This document shows, in pieces, positions 35,207 to 43,939 of a stretch of 64,000 bases of DNA. Made by a program: the position numbers and the translations under genes. The stretch spans positions 46,661 to 110,660 of the forward strand of contig JAGAOR010000008.1 in the NCBI GenBank assembly GCA_017623605.1. The letters are read 5' to 3'. The stretch's first letter is position 1. Each line of letters begins with the position of its first letter. The DNA is from Clostridia bacterium (GTDB lineage Bacteria; Bacillota; Clostridia; Christensenellales; Borkfalkiaceae). The notes under the pieces are model-generated. The model ran no database searches. It had not been told where the DNA came from and worked only from the letters and a program-made list of their open reading frames with translations.

Positions 35207-35767
35207 ATGTATCTGATCGTAGGCTTGGGAAATCCAGAAAAACAATACGAAAAAACCTTTCATAATATGGGTTTTATCGCCGTGGGCGACGCTGCGGAGG
35301 TTTTGGGCGCAAAATTTAAGAAAAAGGAATGTGAATCCTCCGTTGCCGAGGCGTACGTGAACGGTGAAAAGGTAATTCTTGCCCGCCCTTTGACGTATAT
35401 GAATAATTCGGGGAGAGCCGTGAAACAGCTTATGGCAAAATACAAAATTCCGCCCGAAAATCTGCTCGTTATTTACGACGACTACGACCTGCCCAAGGGT
35501 AAGGTGCGTATTCGTGCGGGCGGTAGCGCAGGCACGCACAACGGTATGCGTAGCGTAATCGGTGAAACGGGTTTGACGAATTTTGCGCGTATCCGTATCG
35601 GAATCCGTGATGAAGAGGTGAATATTCCTATCATCAACTACGTGCTTTCGGAAATACACAAGGACGACTATGAGCTGTACGCACAAGCTTGCAAAAAGGC
35701 GGGCGAAGCGGCGGCAGTGTTTGCTAGCGGTGAAACGATTGAAAAAGTAATGGGAAAGTATAACTGA
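35207..35767 (+). CDS. pth: Peptidyl-tRNA hydrolase
   Basis: 186 aa. Canonical N-terminus MYLIVGLGNPEKQYEKTFHNMGF and GGSAGTHNG motif. Confidence 0.9.
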   Translation: MYLIVGLGNPEKQYEKTFHNMGFIAVGDAAEVLGAKFKKKECESSVAEAYVNGEKVILARPLTYMNNSGRAVKQLMAKYKIPPENLLVIYDDYDLPKGKVRIRAGGSAGTHNGMRSVIGETGLTNFARIRIGIRDEEVNIPIINYVLSEIHKDDYELYAQACKKAGEAAAVFASGETIEKVMGKYN

Positions 35768-35815
35768 CCAAATGCAGGAAAAAACGGAAACGCAAAAATT
35801 GCAACGTCCATACGC

Positions 35816-35845
35816 TTGACGAAAGGTCGGTGGATGTGTTACAAT
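35816..35845 (+). promoter_or_regulatory. Sigma-A-type promoter for the CapA-like gene
   Basis: TTGACG (35816-35821), 18-nt spacer, TGtTACAAT (-10 hexamer at 35840-35845). Confidence 0.5.
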
Positions 35846-35878
35846 AAAAACGCAAAAAAACAAAGAGGTATATTGTTT

Positions 35879-36967
35879 ATGAAAATTTTAGTCTCGGCGG
35901 ATTTGACGCCTAAGAAAGAAGAAGTAAACGAGTTATTTATCAAAGGTGACGTCAAAACGCTGTTTTCAGACGTTATAGACGTTATAAAGACTGCCGATCG
36001 TTTTATCGTTAATTTAGAGTGCGCGCTCACGCACGCGGAAAACGGAATTAAGAAATTCGGACCTTGCTTAAAGGCCGATCCAAAATGCGCGCAGACGTTG
36101 AAAAAATTGGGCGTTACCGACGTTGCGCTTTCGAATAACCACGTGTTCGATTTCGGCGTACAAGGCTTGAAAGATACTATGAAAGCACTTGACGAAGCGG
36201 GTTTGCCGTATACGGGTGTTGGCGAAAACGACGTCGATTCGAGAAAGATATATTACATAGAACAAGAGGGGAAAAAGATTGCGCTTGTGAACGTGTGTGA
36301 GCACGAATACACTTATGCGTTGCCCGACAGAATGGGGGCAAATCCCTATGATCCGTATTTGACTATGCAAGACATTCGCGAGGCGAAAAAGAACGCAGAC
36401 TACGTGCTCGTTCTCTATCACGGCGGTAAGGAGCATTGCCGTTATCCCTCGCCCCGCCTTCGCAATCTTTGCCGTGAAATGGTATATTGCGGGGCAGACG
36501 TCGTCTTGACTCAACACAGCCATTGTATCGGTTGCTACGAGGAGTTCGAGGGCGGACACATTCTCTACGGGCAGGGCAATTTCCATTTTTGTTGGGACGG
36601 CCACGGCGAAAGCTGGTATACGGGGCTTTTGGTGGAATTGACGATTGAGGACGGTTTGTCCGTTCGCTTTATTCCCTACGAGATTAAATCGGTCAGCGTA
36701 GAGCTTGCCAAAGGCGAAAAGGAAAAAGAAATTATGGACAGTTTCTACGCAAGAAACGAGGATCTGAAAAACGGCAAATGGCAAGAGGGTTGGCACGCGT
36801 TCTGCGAGAGTGTTGCGGCAGTCTATAAAAACGTGCTGCACGGTTTGGAGACACCTGAAACGACGGAAGAGAAAACGCACCTTTTCGCACACTTTTTAGA
36901 CTGCGAGGCACACACCGACGTTTGGCGAGAGCTGTATCCGACTTGGAATTTGACGAACGAAAAATAA
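35879..36967 (+). CDS. CapA/PGA_cap family (metallophosphatase-like) protein
   Basis: I chose the ATG at 35879 (MKILVSADL...), which has AGAGG upstream. Contains the NLECALT and LSNNHVFDFG motifs typical of CapA-family proteins. Confidence 0.65.
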   Translation: MKILVSADLTPKKEEVNELFIKGDVKTLFSDVIDVIKTADRFIVNLECALTHAENGIKKFGPCLKADPKCAQTLKKLGVTDVALSNNHVFDFGVQGLKDTMKALDEAGLPYTGVGENDVDSRKIYYIEQEGKKIALVNVCEHEYTYALPDRMGANPYDPYLTMQDIREAKKNADYVLVLYHGGKEHCRYPSPRLRNLCREMVYCGADVVLTQHSHCIGCYEEFEGGHILYGQGNFHFCWDGHGESWYTGLLVELTIEDGLSVRFIPYEIKSVSVELAKGEKEKEIMDSFYARNEDLKNGKWQEGWHAFCESVAAVYKNVLHGLETPETTEEKTHLFAHFLDCEAHTDVWRELYPTWNLTNEK

Positions 36968-36982
36968 GAAAGTAAAAAGGAA

Positions 36983-39900
36983 ATGAAACGCAATTTTTTC
37001 AATTTTGAAAATTTGGGAGGGGAGTACCCCTCGTTTGCAAAAGAAATCCGCCGCGGCACACCCACGGCGGTTTTTGGCGTTTCCGATTCCTTAAAATATC
37101 TTCTTGCGGGTTTGATTGATTATCCCGTCGTATATATAACGGCAGATAGTATATCGGCAAAAAAGGCGGCGGAAAATATCGCGGCACTTTCAGGGAAAAA
37201 GACGGAGGTGCTTGCGGCGAAAGACGAGGTTTTGCTGTATCGAAAAGCACTTTCCAAGGATTCGCTCTATCAAAGGCTTCGCGGTATATCCGCGCTTTAT
37301 AGCGGCGCAGACGTCGTCGTCGCCGAGATTGACGCACTCATTCAGCTTTTCCCTAAAACGCTTCCTACGCTCACGTTCAAAGAGGGTGAGGAATTCGATT
37401 TTACGACGCTTCCCGCTCAACTTACCAAAATGGGTTACACGCGAAGCTTTGAGGTGGAAACGCAAGGCGTATACGCGCTTCGAGGCGACATTTTGGATAT
37501 TTATCCCGTGGGTGCGGCAAATCCCGTTCGCGTGGACTTTTTCGGCGATACGGTTGAACGGATAAAGCCCTACGAGTTGGCAACGGGCACTCGCCTTTCG
37601 CCTTTGCGGGAAATCACCGTTCTTTCGGCAACCGACGTGATCGTATCGGAAAAGGATAGAACGAACGTGGAAGCTACGCTTAAACAGGGCTTGAAAACGT
37701 TCAAAACGTCGGAAACGTATGCAAGGGCGATGGCGATCGCCGACGAGATTTTATCCGAACCCGAACTCGCCTCGTCGTTTATATTGCCTTTGCTTGAAAA
37801 CACGACGGATTTTTTCTCCGTTCTGCCCGAAAACGCGGTGCTCGTTTTTGACGAGGGGAAATCGCTTTGGGATAAATTTAACGGGCTTTATAAAGAGCAC
37901 GAGGAACGTTTTCACCGTTTGCAGACGGGTGGAGAAGCGTTTGATTTCACGCTTGGGCAATACGTTGATAAAGAGGAGTTTTTAAGCGGCATTTTAGGAA
38001 AAAGACGGGTGGTTTTACAGACGTTTACGGGCAACCCTTTCTTTTTTGAACCCTTGAAAATTTATAATTTTACCGCTACGCCCACCGCGAAATATTTGAA
38101 CGGTTTTCCTGCGCTTCTCACGGATATAAAGAATTGGCAAAAAGGCGGGTATCGCGTACTTTTATATTGCGGTGATAACACTCGCGCGATTAAAATGGCG
38201 GAAAATTTGGCCGAGGAATATATCTCCGCCGTCAAGCTTCCCGAAAACCTTGCGGAGCTCAAAGGTATTTGCGCGCTCGAAGAGAGGCTGGAAAAAGGCT
38301 TCGTGTTGCATTCTTGCAAAACGGCAGTAATCGGCACGGGCGATTTATACACGAAAGCTCCCGATAACCGTCGCATACGCCGTAGGCGCGGGGATATGTT
38401 TTCCGCACCCGAGGTTGGGGATTACGTCGTACACGAAACGCACGGTATCGGTAAGGTTTTAGGCACGAAGAAAATTGAAACGACGGACGGAACGAAAGAA
38501 TATATCGCGCTTGCGTATAAGGACGGCGATATGCTTTACGTTCCCGCTGAAAGTATGGACGTATTGTCCAAATACGTAGGCGAGAGTAATCCTACGTTAA
38601 GCAGAATTGGCGGCGCGGATTTCGAAAGGGTGAAGGCGCGCGTAAAAGATTCGCTTAAAAAACTTGCATTCGATCTGAAACAGTTGTATGCGGAGCGCAC
38701 GGAAAAGAAAGGGTATCCTTTTCCGGAAAACGAGATTTTTATGCAGGAGTTTGAGGAGGCTTTCGAGCACGAGCTAACGCCAGATCAAGCCAGCTCCGTT
38801 GCGGAGATTAAAGGGGATATGTGCTCGGAAAAGGTGATGGATCGGTTGCTTTGCGGGGACGTAGGCTTTGGAAAAACGGAAGTGGCGTTCCGTGCGGTGT
38901 ATCTTTGCGCGCTTGCGGGCAAGCAGGCAGCGTTAATGTGTCCAAGCACAGTGCTTTGTAAACAGCATTTCCACACGGCAGAGGCGCGTTTTGAACAATT
39001 TGGTTTGAAGATTGCCTCGCTCAATCGTTTCAATACTCCCAAAGAAACGGAAAAAATATTACGTGGTCTTGCCGACGGCTCGATTGATTTCGTAATCGGC
39101 ACGCACCGTGTGCTATCCAGCGACGTTAAATTTAAAAATCTTGGCTTGCTCGTTTTGGACGAGGAGCAACGCTTCGGCGTGGAGCATAAAGAAAAAATCA
39201 AGCATATTCGAAAGGATATTGATTGTTTGACGATGACGGCAACGCCTATTCCCAGAACGCTACATATGTCTCTTTCAGGCATACGCGACATTTCCACCAT
39301 ACACACGCCGCCTGTGGAACGGTTACCCGTACAAACGTACGTAGTGGAAGAAACGGAAACGCTCATTCGCGACGCGTGTATTCGCGAACTTTCAAGAGGC
39401 GGGCAGGTGTTTATTCTTTATAACAAAGTGGAAAGTATTTTCACGTTTGCTGCTTCCGTTCGGCGAATATTGCCCGAAGCGACCGTTTCCGTCGTACACG
39501 GTAGAATGGATAAAAATGCGCTTGAAAACGCCGTGCTTGATTTCTACGGTGGAAAATCGGATATACTCGTTACCACGACGATTATCGAAAACGGGGTAGA
39601 TTTACCCAACGCGAACACAATAATCGTGATTGATAGCGACAGGTTGGGGATTTCTCAACTGTATCAACTGAAAGGTCGGGTAGGTAGAAGCTCGCGGCTT
39701 GCGCACGCGTATTTCACGTATAAAGCGGAACGTGTAATGACGGAAAACGCGGCGGCGCGACTCAAAGCGATTATGGAATTTACCGAGCTGGGTTCGGGCT
39801 ATAAACTTGCAATGCGTGATTTGGAAATTCGCGGTGCAGGGAACGTTTTGGGTGCGGAGCAACACGGGCATATGGATAAAGTGGGCTACGAGCTTTACGC

Positions 39901-40390
39901 AAAGCTACTCAAAGAAGAATTGACGGGCGAAAGCCACGTTTCCGCAGAGCTTGATATTCGTACGACGGCTTATATTTCCGAAAAGTATATTGAATCTTCC
40001 GCGGGGCGGCTCGATACGTATAAACAGATTGCTGAAATTTCCTCCATTTCCGATTATAAACGGGTTTACGCTTCGTTGCAGGATACCTACGGCGAGCTAC
40101 CGCGTTCGGTCGAGAATTTAATGGTGATTGCCGTTTTGAAAAGCTACGCCGCCAAATTTGCCGTAAAAAAAATCACGGTGGCAAAGGGCGTGGGATCGCT
40201 TGAATTTCCTTCGCTTGAAAGCTTGGGCGATAAGAGAGTGCAAGCCGCGCTCGACAAATACGCCGATCAAACGCGCTTGAATATGACGGAAGCACCTGTG
40301 ATAGAATTCTTCAAAGGGCGCGATGCGGCGGAATTGATGGCGCAAATGACAAAATTTTTGAAATTTGCGCGAACTTTCCAAAGTTTATAA
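36983..40390 (+). CDS. mfd: Transcription-repair coupling factor Mfd
   Basis: 1135 aa. Helicase motifs GDVGFGKTEVA, LVLDEEQRFGV and TATPIPRTL. CarD-like segment GDYVVHETHGIGK. Sits downstream of pth as in Bacillus. Confidence 0.95.
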   Translation: MKRNFFNFENLGGEYPSFAKEIRRGTPTAVFGVSDSLKYLLAGLIDYPVVYITADSISAKKAAENIAALSGKKTEVLAAKDEVLLYRKALSKDSLYQRLRGISALYSGADVVVAEIDALIQLFPKTLPTLTFKEGEEFDFTTLPAQLTKMGYTRSFEVETQGVYALRGDILDIYPVGAANPVRVDFFGDTVERIKPYELATGTRLSPLREITVLSATDVIVSEKDRTNVEATLKQGLKTFKTSETYARAMAIADEILSEPELASSFILPLLENTTDFFSVLPENAVLVFDEGKSLWDKFNGLYKEHEERFHRLQTGGEAFDFTLGQYVDKEEFLSGILGKRRVVLQTFTGNPFFFEPLKIYNFTATPTAKYLNGFPALLTDIKNWQKGGYRVLLYCGDNTRAIKMAENLAEEYISAVKLPENLAELKGICALEERLEKGFVLHSCKTAVIGTGDLYTKAPDNRRIRRRRGDMFSAPEVGDYVVHETHGIGKVLGTKKIETTDGTKEYIALAYKDGDMLYVPAESMDVLSKYVGESNPTLSRIGGADFERVKARVKDSLKKLAFDLKQLYAERTEKKGYPFPENEIFMQEFEEAFEHELTPDQASSVAEIKGDMCSEKVMDRLLCGDVGFGKTEVAFRAVYLCALAGKQAALMCPSTVLCKQHFHTAEARFEQFGLKIASLNRFNTPKETEKILRGLADGSIDFVIGTHRVLSSDVKFKNLGLLVLDEEQRFGVEHKEKIKHIRKDIDCLTMTATPIPRTLHMSLSGIRDISTIHTPPVERLPVQTYVVEETETLIRDACIRELSRGGQVFILYNKVESIFTFAASVRRILPEATVSVVHGRMDKNALENAVLDFYGGKSDILVTTTIIENGVDLPNANTIIVIDSDRLGISQLYQLKGRVGRSSRLAHAYFTYKAERVMTENAAARLKAIMEFTELGSGYKLAMRDLEIRGAGNVLGAEQHGHMDKVGYELYAKLLKEELTGESHVSAELDIRTTAYISEKYIESSAGRLDTYKQIAEISSISDYKRVYASLQDTYGELPRSVENLMVIAVLKSYAAKFAVKKITVAKGVGSLEFPSLESLGDKRVQAALDKYADQTRLNMTEAPVIEFFKGRDAAELMAQMTKFLKFARTFQSL

Positions 40391-40400
40391 GCAAAAACGT

Positions 40401-40429
40401 TTGCACTTTACGAAAAAATAGTTTATAAT
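40401..40429 (+). promoter_or_regulatory. Sigma-A-type promoter for the PrsA-like lipoprotein gene
   Basis: TTGCAC (40401-40406), 17-nt spacer, TATAAT (40424-40429). Confidence 0.55.
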
Positions 40430-40519
40430 ATAAGTTGATAGTGTATGCGGCGAAGTGGGCGAGATCGCTGTTCCTGCCTTGCCGACGGCAAAAGACACGA
40501 TAAATATCGGAGTATTTTT

Positions 40520-42658
40520 ATGAACAAGAAACACACATTGAAAAAAACGGCGGCTATACTTTTGAGCCTTGCGCTTACGGTTGGGGCTACAGGCTGTAAC
40601 TTTTTGGTTACCGACAGCGTTTTGGATCTCAAACAGATCGTAGCGACGGTAGACGTAACGGAGAATTTGGGAAAAAGCGAGGATTACGCGTCCGTAAAAG
40701 ACGACGTGAAAAAGCTGATCACGAACAAAGGGTTATCGACGGATATTCCCAAGCGCGATCTCGTTGCTTATTTCCTCAATATCGGTATGACCTACGTCAA
40801 CAGCTATGGGTATAGCTATGAAGACACCTTTAATCTGCTTATGGACGGGTTGGTGAATAATAAAATTATGACGCAGTTTGCGGTGGCGTATTATCTCAAG
40901 AACGGATTCAAAGATGGCGCAACGGCTACGGCAGACGCTTGCTTAACTTACGTTTCCAACGGGCAAAACGAAGAGGGACTTTCGGACACGGAAAAATCGC
41001 TTTTAAAAGCGCATCCCGAAGTTCTTACGATGGAATATTTTCTCACGGAAAACGGCACGGATTTCGAAGCGTATAACGAAGCCGTTTACGATTTAAAAAA
41101 ATCGCTTAACAATTCGCTTGATTCGGCAGAGGCTAATTATATCAAAGCAGACGACGACGAGCACGCGCACGGGGAAAGCCGTACCACCCCCACGAACGTA
41201 AACGTGGAAAAGGAGAAGTTCATTCCTGAAGAATATGAAATATACACGGGGCGTAACGCGCTTGATAAATGCGGTGCCTATGAAAAGGTAGAGGGAAGCA
41301 CGGCAACGACGAGAAAGAAAGCGTATAACACGTTTCTTTCTAATTTGCAAGGTTACGGATTGATCGCTGAAAACGAAGATACCGCCGTAATTACGGAATT
41401 GAATTATTATTACGTAGAGCTTTCTTCTTCGCTTGGTCGCGCGCTCGTGAATAAATATCTCGACGCGTTAAACGAAGAGGCGATTCAAGCCTTAAAAGCG
41501 GATAACTACGCATACGTTAGCAATAAGTATCAAGAAATCAAGGACGCGCAACAATATTCTTACACGCAGGATTCGTCAGCGTTTGAAACGGCACTTGATA
41601 GCGTTTCCGACGATTCGTTCGTGTTGTACGGACAAAAGGATTTTGGTTTTATCTATAACATTCTACTGCCGTTCTCCGCTTCGCAAGAGCAGCAATACGC
41701 GGCAGCAAAGAACAAGAACTTAACGCAGGACGGAATTTTCAATGCGAGAAAAGCGATTCTTGCAAACGTTCAGGCAAAGGATTTGCGTACGGGCTGGTTC
41801 GGTGAAGACGAGCATACCAATTATTCTTATGTTACTACGGAGGGATATTTCGATAACGGAAAAGCCAAGGGTGAAGATACGTATTTGTTCTTTGAAAACA
41901 ATATGGCGAAAACAGACGAATACGAAACGCTTAAACAATATCTTGGCAAATACCCTTATAACGGTACGGCGACGCAAACCGACGACGGTGAATGGAAATT
42001 TACGCCGAATAAGTTGGATATTGACGGCTTTATCGCTGAAATGGAAAATTATATCAACTACGCCGTAGGTAGCGACGTTACGAGTGGCACGAAAGTGGAT
42101 AAATATAACGACAGCGTTTATAAAGTAAACGGCGTAGTCGATTATAGCAAATTTATCTATTACACGGGTAAGACGAAGCTTGATAACACCGCGCGCTCGC
42201 AATTCTTCTATGCAGAGGATAACGATTCGTATAAAGCAATTTCGGCAGTAAACGAACTGATGTTTGCGTATAGCACCGATCCCGGTTGCTTGAATTCGTA
42301 TATGGGTTACGTGGTTTCACCCTACAAAACGGATTTTGTTTCGGAATTTGAATATGCCGCGCAATACGCCGTGAAACAGGGTGTAGGTACGTACGTGGTT
42401 GCTCCCTCCGATTACGGTTGGCATATCATTTACGTGGCATTTGTATACGACGCTGACGACAGCGACGTGTACGGAGGCTTTAAGGTAGAAGACGTAGAGA
42501 AAGAGGGTACGTTCTCCAATCTCTTCTACGAATCCTTAAAATCGACCTCTGCTACCAACTACACGACGGATGCGCAAAACGCGGTTTTGAACGAATATAA
42601 AACTTCCGCTACGCGCTTCGTATCCCGTTATCAAGATCTTCTTGATTTGGGCGCGTAA
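40520..42658 (+). CDS. Large lipoprotein, possibly a PrsA/SurA-like foldase with a degenerate parvulin-like C-terminus
   Basis: I chose the ATG at 40520 (MNKKHTLKKTAAILLSLALTVGATGC lipobox), which has GGAG upstream. The C-terminal VVAPSDYGWHIIYV resembles the G(F/Y/W)HII strand of parvulin PPIases. The position downstream of mfd matches foldase genes in other Firmicutes. Confidence 0.4.
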   Translation: MNKKHTLKKTAAILLSLALTVGATGCNFLVTDSVLDLKQIVATVDVTENLGKSEDYASVKDDVKKLITNKGLSTDIPKRDLVAYFLNIGMTYVNSYGYSYEDTFNLLMDGLVNNKIMTQFAVAYYLKNGFKDGATATADACLTYVSNGQNEEGLSDTEKSLLKAHPEVLTMEYFLTENGTDFEAYNEAVYDLKKSLNNSLDSAEANYIKADDDEHAHGESRTTPTNVNVEKEKFIPEEYEIYTGRNALDKCGAYEKVEGSTATTRKKAYNTFLSNLQGYGLIAENEDTAVITELNYYYVELSSSLGRALVNKYLDALNEEAIQALKADNYAYVSNKYQEIKDAQQYSYTQDSSAFETALDSVSDDSFVLYGQKDFGFIYNILLPFSASQEQQYAAAKNKNLTQDGIFNARKAILANVQAKDLRTGWFGEDEHTNYSYVTTEGYFDNGKAKGEDTYLFFENNMAKTDEYETLKQYLGKYPYNGTATQTDDGEWKFTPNKLDIDGFIAEMENYINYAVGSDVTSGTKVDKYNDSVYKVNGVVDYSKFIYYTGKTKLDNTARSQFFYAEDNDSYKAISAVNELMFAYSTDPGCLNSYMGYVVSPYKTDFVSEFEYAAQYAVKQGVGTYVVAPSDYGWHIIYVAFVYDADDSDVYGGFKVEDVEKEGTFSNLFYESLKSTSATNYTTDAQNAVLNEYKTSATRFVSRYQDLLDLGA

Positions 42659-42682
42659 CGTCAACTAAAATGACAAACGAAT

Positions 42683-42704
42683 CCCGACTGCTTTTGCAGT
42701 CGGG
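42683..42704. terminator. Bidirectional terminator between convergent genes
   Basis: CCCGACTGC tttt GCAGTCGGG, with T-rich sequence downstream. It sits between the stop codons at 42658 (+) and 42710 (-). Confidence 0.7.
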
Positions 42705-42709
42705 GTTTA

Positions 42710-43552
42710 TTACTTTTTCTCTGATTTATAATCGAAAACTTCAGTAAAGACTTTCGATTTAGAAGCTTTCATTACGCCCCGAATTAAAAATAAACCTTTC
42801 ACGGGCATAATTTTCGTTGTAAAATTCATCAGTTTTGCGTCCCAACCGACGACAGCGCGGCGTTTTCTTTTTAAGATTTTTTTTGCGATCTTTTTCGCCA
42901 TTTTATGCGCGGGCATAGCGATTATATCTAAGGCGCTGTTTTTCGTATGCTCGTCGCTACTAAATAAATCGGTTGCCGTTGTACCAGGACAAATCAAGCC
43001 AACGTATTTTTTGCCTTTTTCTTCTATGGCAAGTGCTTCGGTGTAGCTTTTTACCGCCGCTTTACTTGCTGAATATGCAGCCGTTCCTGCAACGGTACAA
43101 AGTGCGGCGGAAGAGGCAATATTTACGATCGCGGGCGTATTTTTGCCACTTCCCGAAAGGAGCGGGGAAAGTGCGTTTACGGCGTATACGATCGAAAAAT
43201 AATTCGTTTGCATAATCCGTTCAAAGGTTTCTGGATTTGTATTTAAAACGGTGTTAAAGGTAGGGAATGAACCCGCGTTGTTGATGAGAAGACAGGGGGC
43301 GATATTTTGCTTGACGAGTCGTTCTTTGAGCTGTTCCCATTCCTCGCGTTTACTCACGTCGAAAAGAGTGTAATCAAAATGTTCGGCGTTTTCGCCGAGC
43401 TCCGTTTTTAAAGAAAGCATTTTTTCTTCGTTTCTTCCGATCCCAAGCACCTTTGCACCGAAGCGAGCAATTAGAATTTTACAAAGCTCTCTACCGATCC
43501 CGCTTGACGCGCCCGAAAGAATAACGTATTTATCTTGTAACCAATTTTTCAT
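42710..43552 (-). CDS. SDR-family oxidoreductase
   Basis: Rossmann motif LSGASSGIGREL and catalytic YSASKAAV. I chose the second ATG (43552) because the first (43558) abuts the -10 hexamer of a consensus promoter. Confidence 0.8.
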   Translation of the reverse strand: MKNWLQDKYVILSGASSGIGRELCKILIARFGAKVLGIGRNEEKMLSLKTELGENAEHFDYTLFDVSKREEWEQLKERLVKQNIAPCLLINNAGSFPTFNTVLNTNPETFERIMQTNYFSIVYAVNALSPLLSGSGKNTPAIVNIASSAALCTVAGTAAYSASKAAVKSYTEALAIEEKGKKYVGLICPGTTATDLFSSDEHTKNSALDIIAMPAHKMAKKIAKKILKRKRRAVVGWDAKLMNFTTKIMPVKGLFLIRGVMKASKSKVFTEVFDYKSEKK

Positions 43553-43558
43553 ATACAT

Positions 43559-43587
43559 ATTATAACACGCAAAAAAGCATTTGTCAA
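43559..43587 (-). promoter_or_regulatory. Consensus sigma-A promoter abutting the SDR gene start
   Basis: The minus strand reads TTGACA (43587-43582), 17-nt spacer, TGtTATAAT (-10 hexamer at 43564-43559), followed directly by ATGTATATG. Confidence 0.6.
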
Positions 43588-43657
43588 CCGCTGGTTGGGA
43601 GGCGAGTAAGCGATTAAAAATTTTCGAAAAATAATAACAAAATATGGCGAAAAATCG

Positions 43658-43686
43658 TTGACAAATAAAAAAGAAAAGTATATAAT
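43658..43686 (+). promoter_or_regulatory. Consensus sigma-A promoter for the tRNA-Ala/tRNA-Lys unit
   Basis: TTGACA (43658-43663), 17-nt spacer, TATAAT (43681-43686). The tRNA-Ala 5' end lies 14 nt downstream. Confidence 0.7.
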
Positions 43687-43699
43687 AGTTAATGTTTGT

Positions 43700-43775
43700 G
43701 GGGATATGGCTCAGTTGGTAGAGCGCCTCGTTCGCAACGAGGAGGCCAGCGGTTCGAATCCGCTTATCTCCACCA
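43700..43775 (+). tRNA. tRNA-Ala (anticodon CGC)
   Basis: GGGGATATGGCTCAGTTGGTAGAGCGCCTCGTTCGCAACGAGGAGGCCAGCGGTTCGAATCCGCTTATCTCCACCA. The G3-U70 identity pair is present. Anticodon loop TTCGCAA, encoded CCA. Confidence 0.9.
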
Positions 43776-43780
43776 CATAT

Positions 43781-43856
43781 GGACGATTAGCTCAGTTGGT
43801 AGAGCAATTGACTCTTAATCAATGGGCCCAGGGTTCGAGTCCCTGATCGTCCACCA
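43781..43856 (+). tRNA. tRNA-Lys (anticodon CTT)
   Basis: GGACGATTAGCTCAGTTGGTAGAGCAATTGACTCTTAATCAATGGGCCCAGGGTTCGAGTCCCTGATCGTCCACCA. Perfect acceptor stem, anticodon loop CTCTTAA, encoded CCA. Confidence 0.9.
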
Positions 43857-43866
43857 AACAAAAAGG

Positions 43867-43887
43867 CACGCGTGAGCGTGTTTTTTT
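43867..43887. terminator. Bidirectional intrinsic terminator (tRNA unit on plus strand, ade on minus strand)
   Basis: CACGC gtga GCGTG followed by T7. The flanking A-run and T-run (43857-43893) extend the pairing. Confidence 0.7.
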
Positions 43888-43939
43888 GTTTGGTGAAAAA
43901 ATTACACCCCGTAGGCAATCAACCTACGAGGTGTAGCGT

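Noticed and set aside
35015-35863. A 282-aa minus-strand ORF covering the prs 3' end and all of pth
   Set aside because: It is fully antisense to two highly conserved genes whose protein motifs are unmistakable. Its product is Arg/Phe-rich and low-complexity with no recognisable motif or RBS. It is explained by the NCG codon bias of the sense strand.
36068-36892. A 274-aa minus-strand ORF opposite the CapA-like gene
   Set aside because: It is an antisense frame with no motifs. The plus-strand protein carries the conserved CapA-family motifs and an RBS.
43658-43846. A 62-aa ORF spanning the tRNA-Ala and tRNA-Lys genes
   Set aside because: The region folds into two canonical tRNAs behind a consensus promoter. 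The ORF is a translation artefact of the tRNA sequence.
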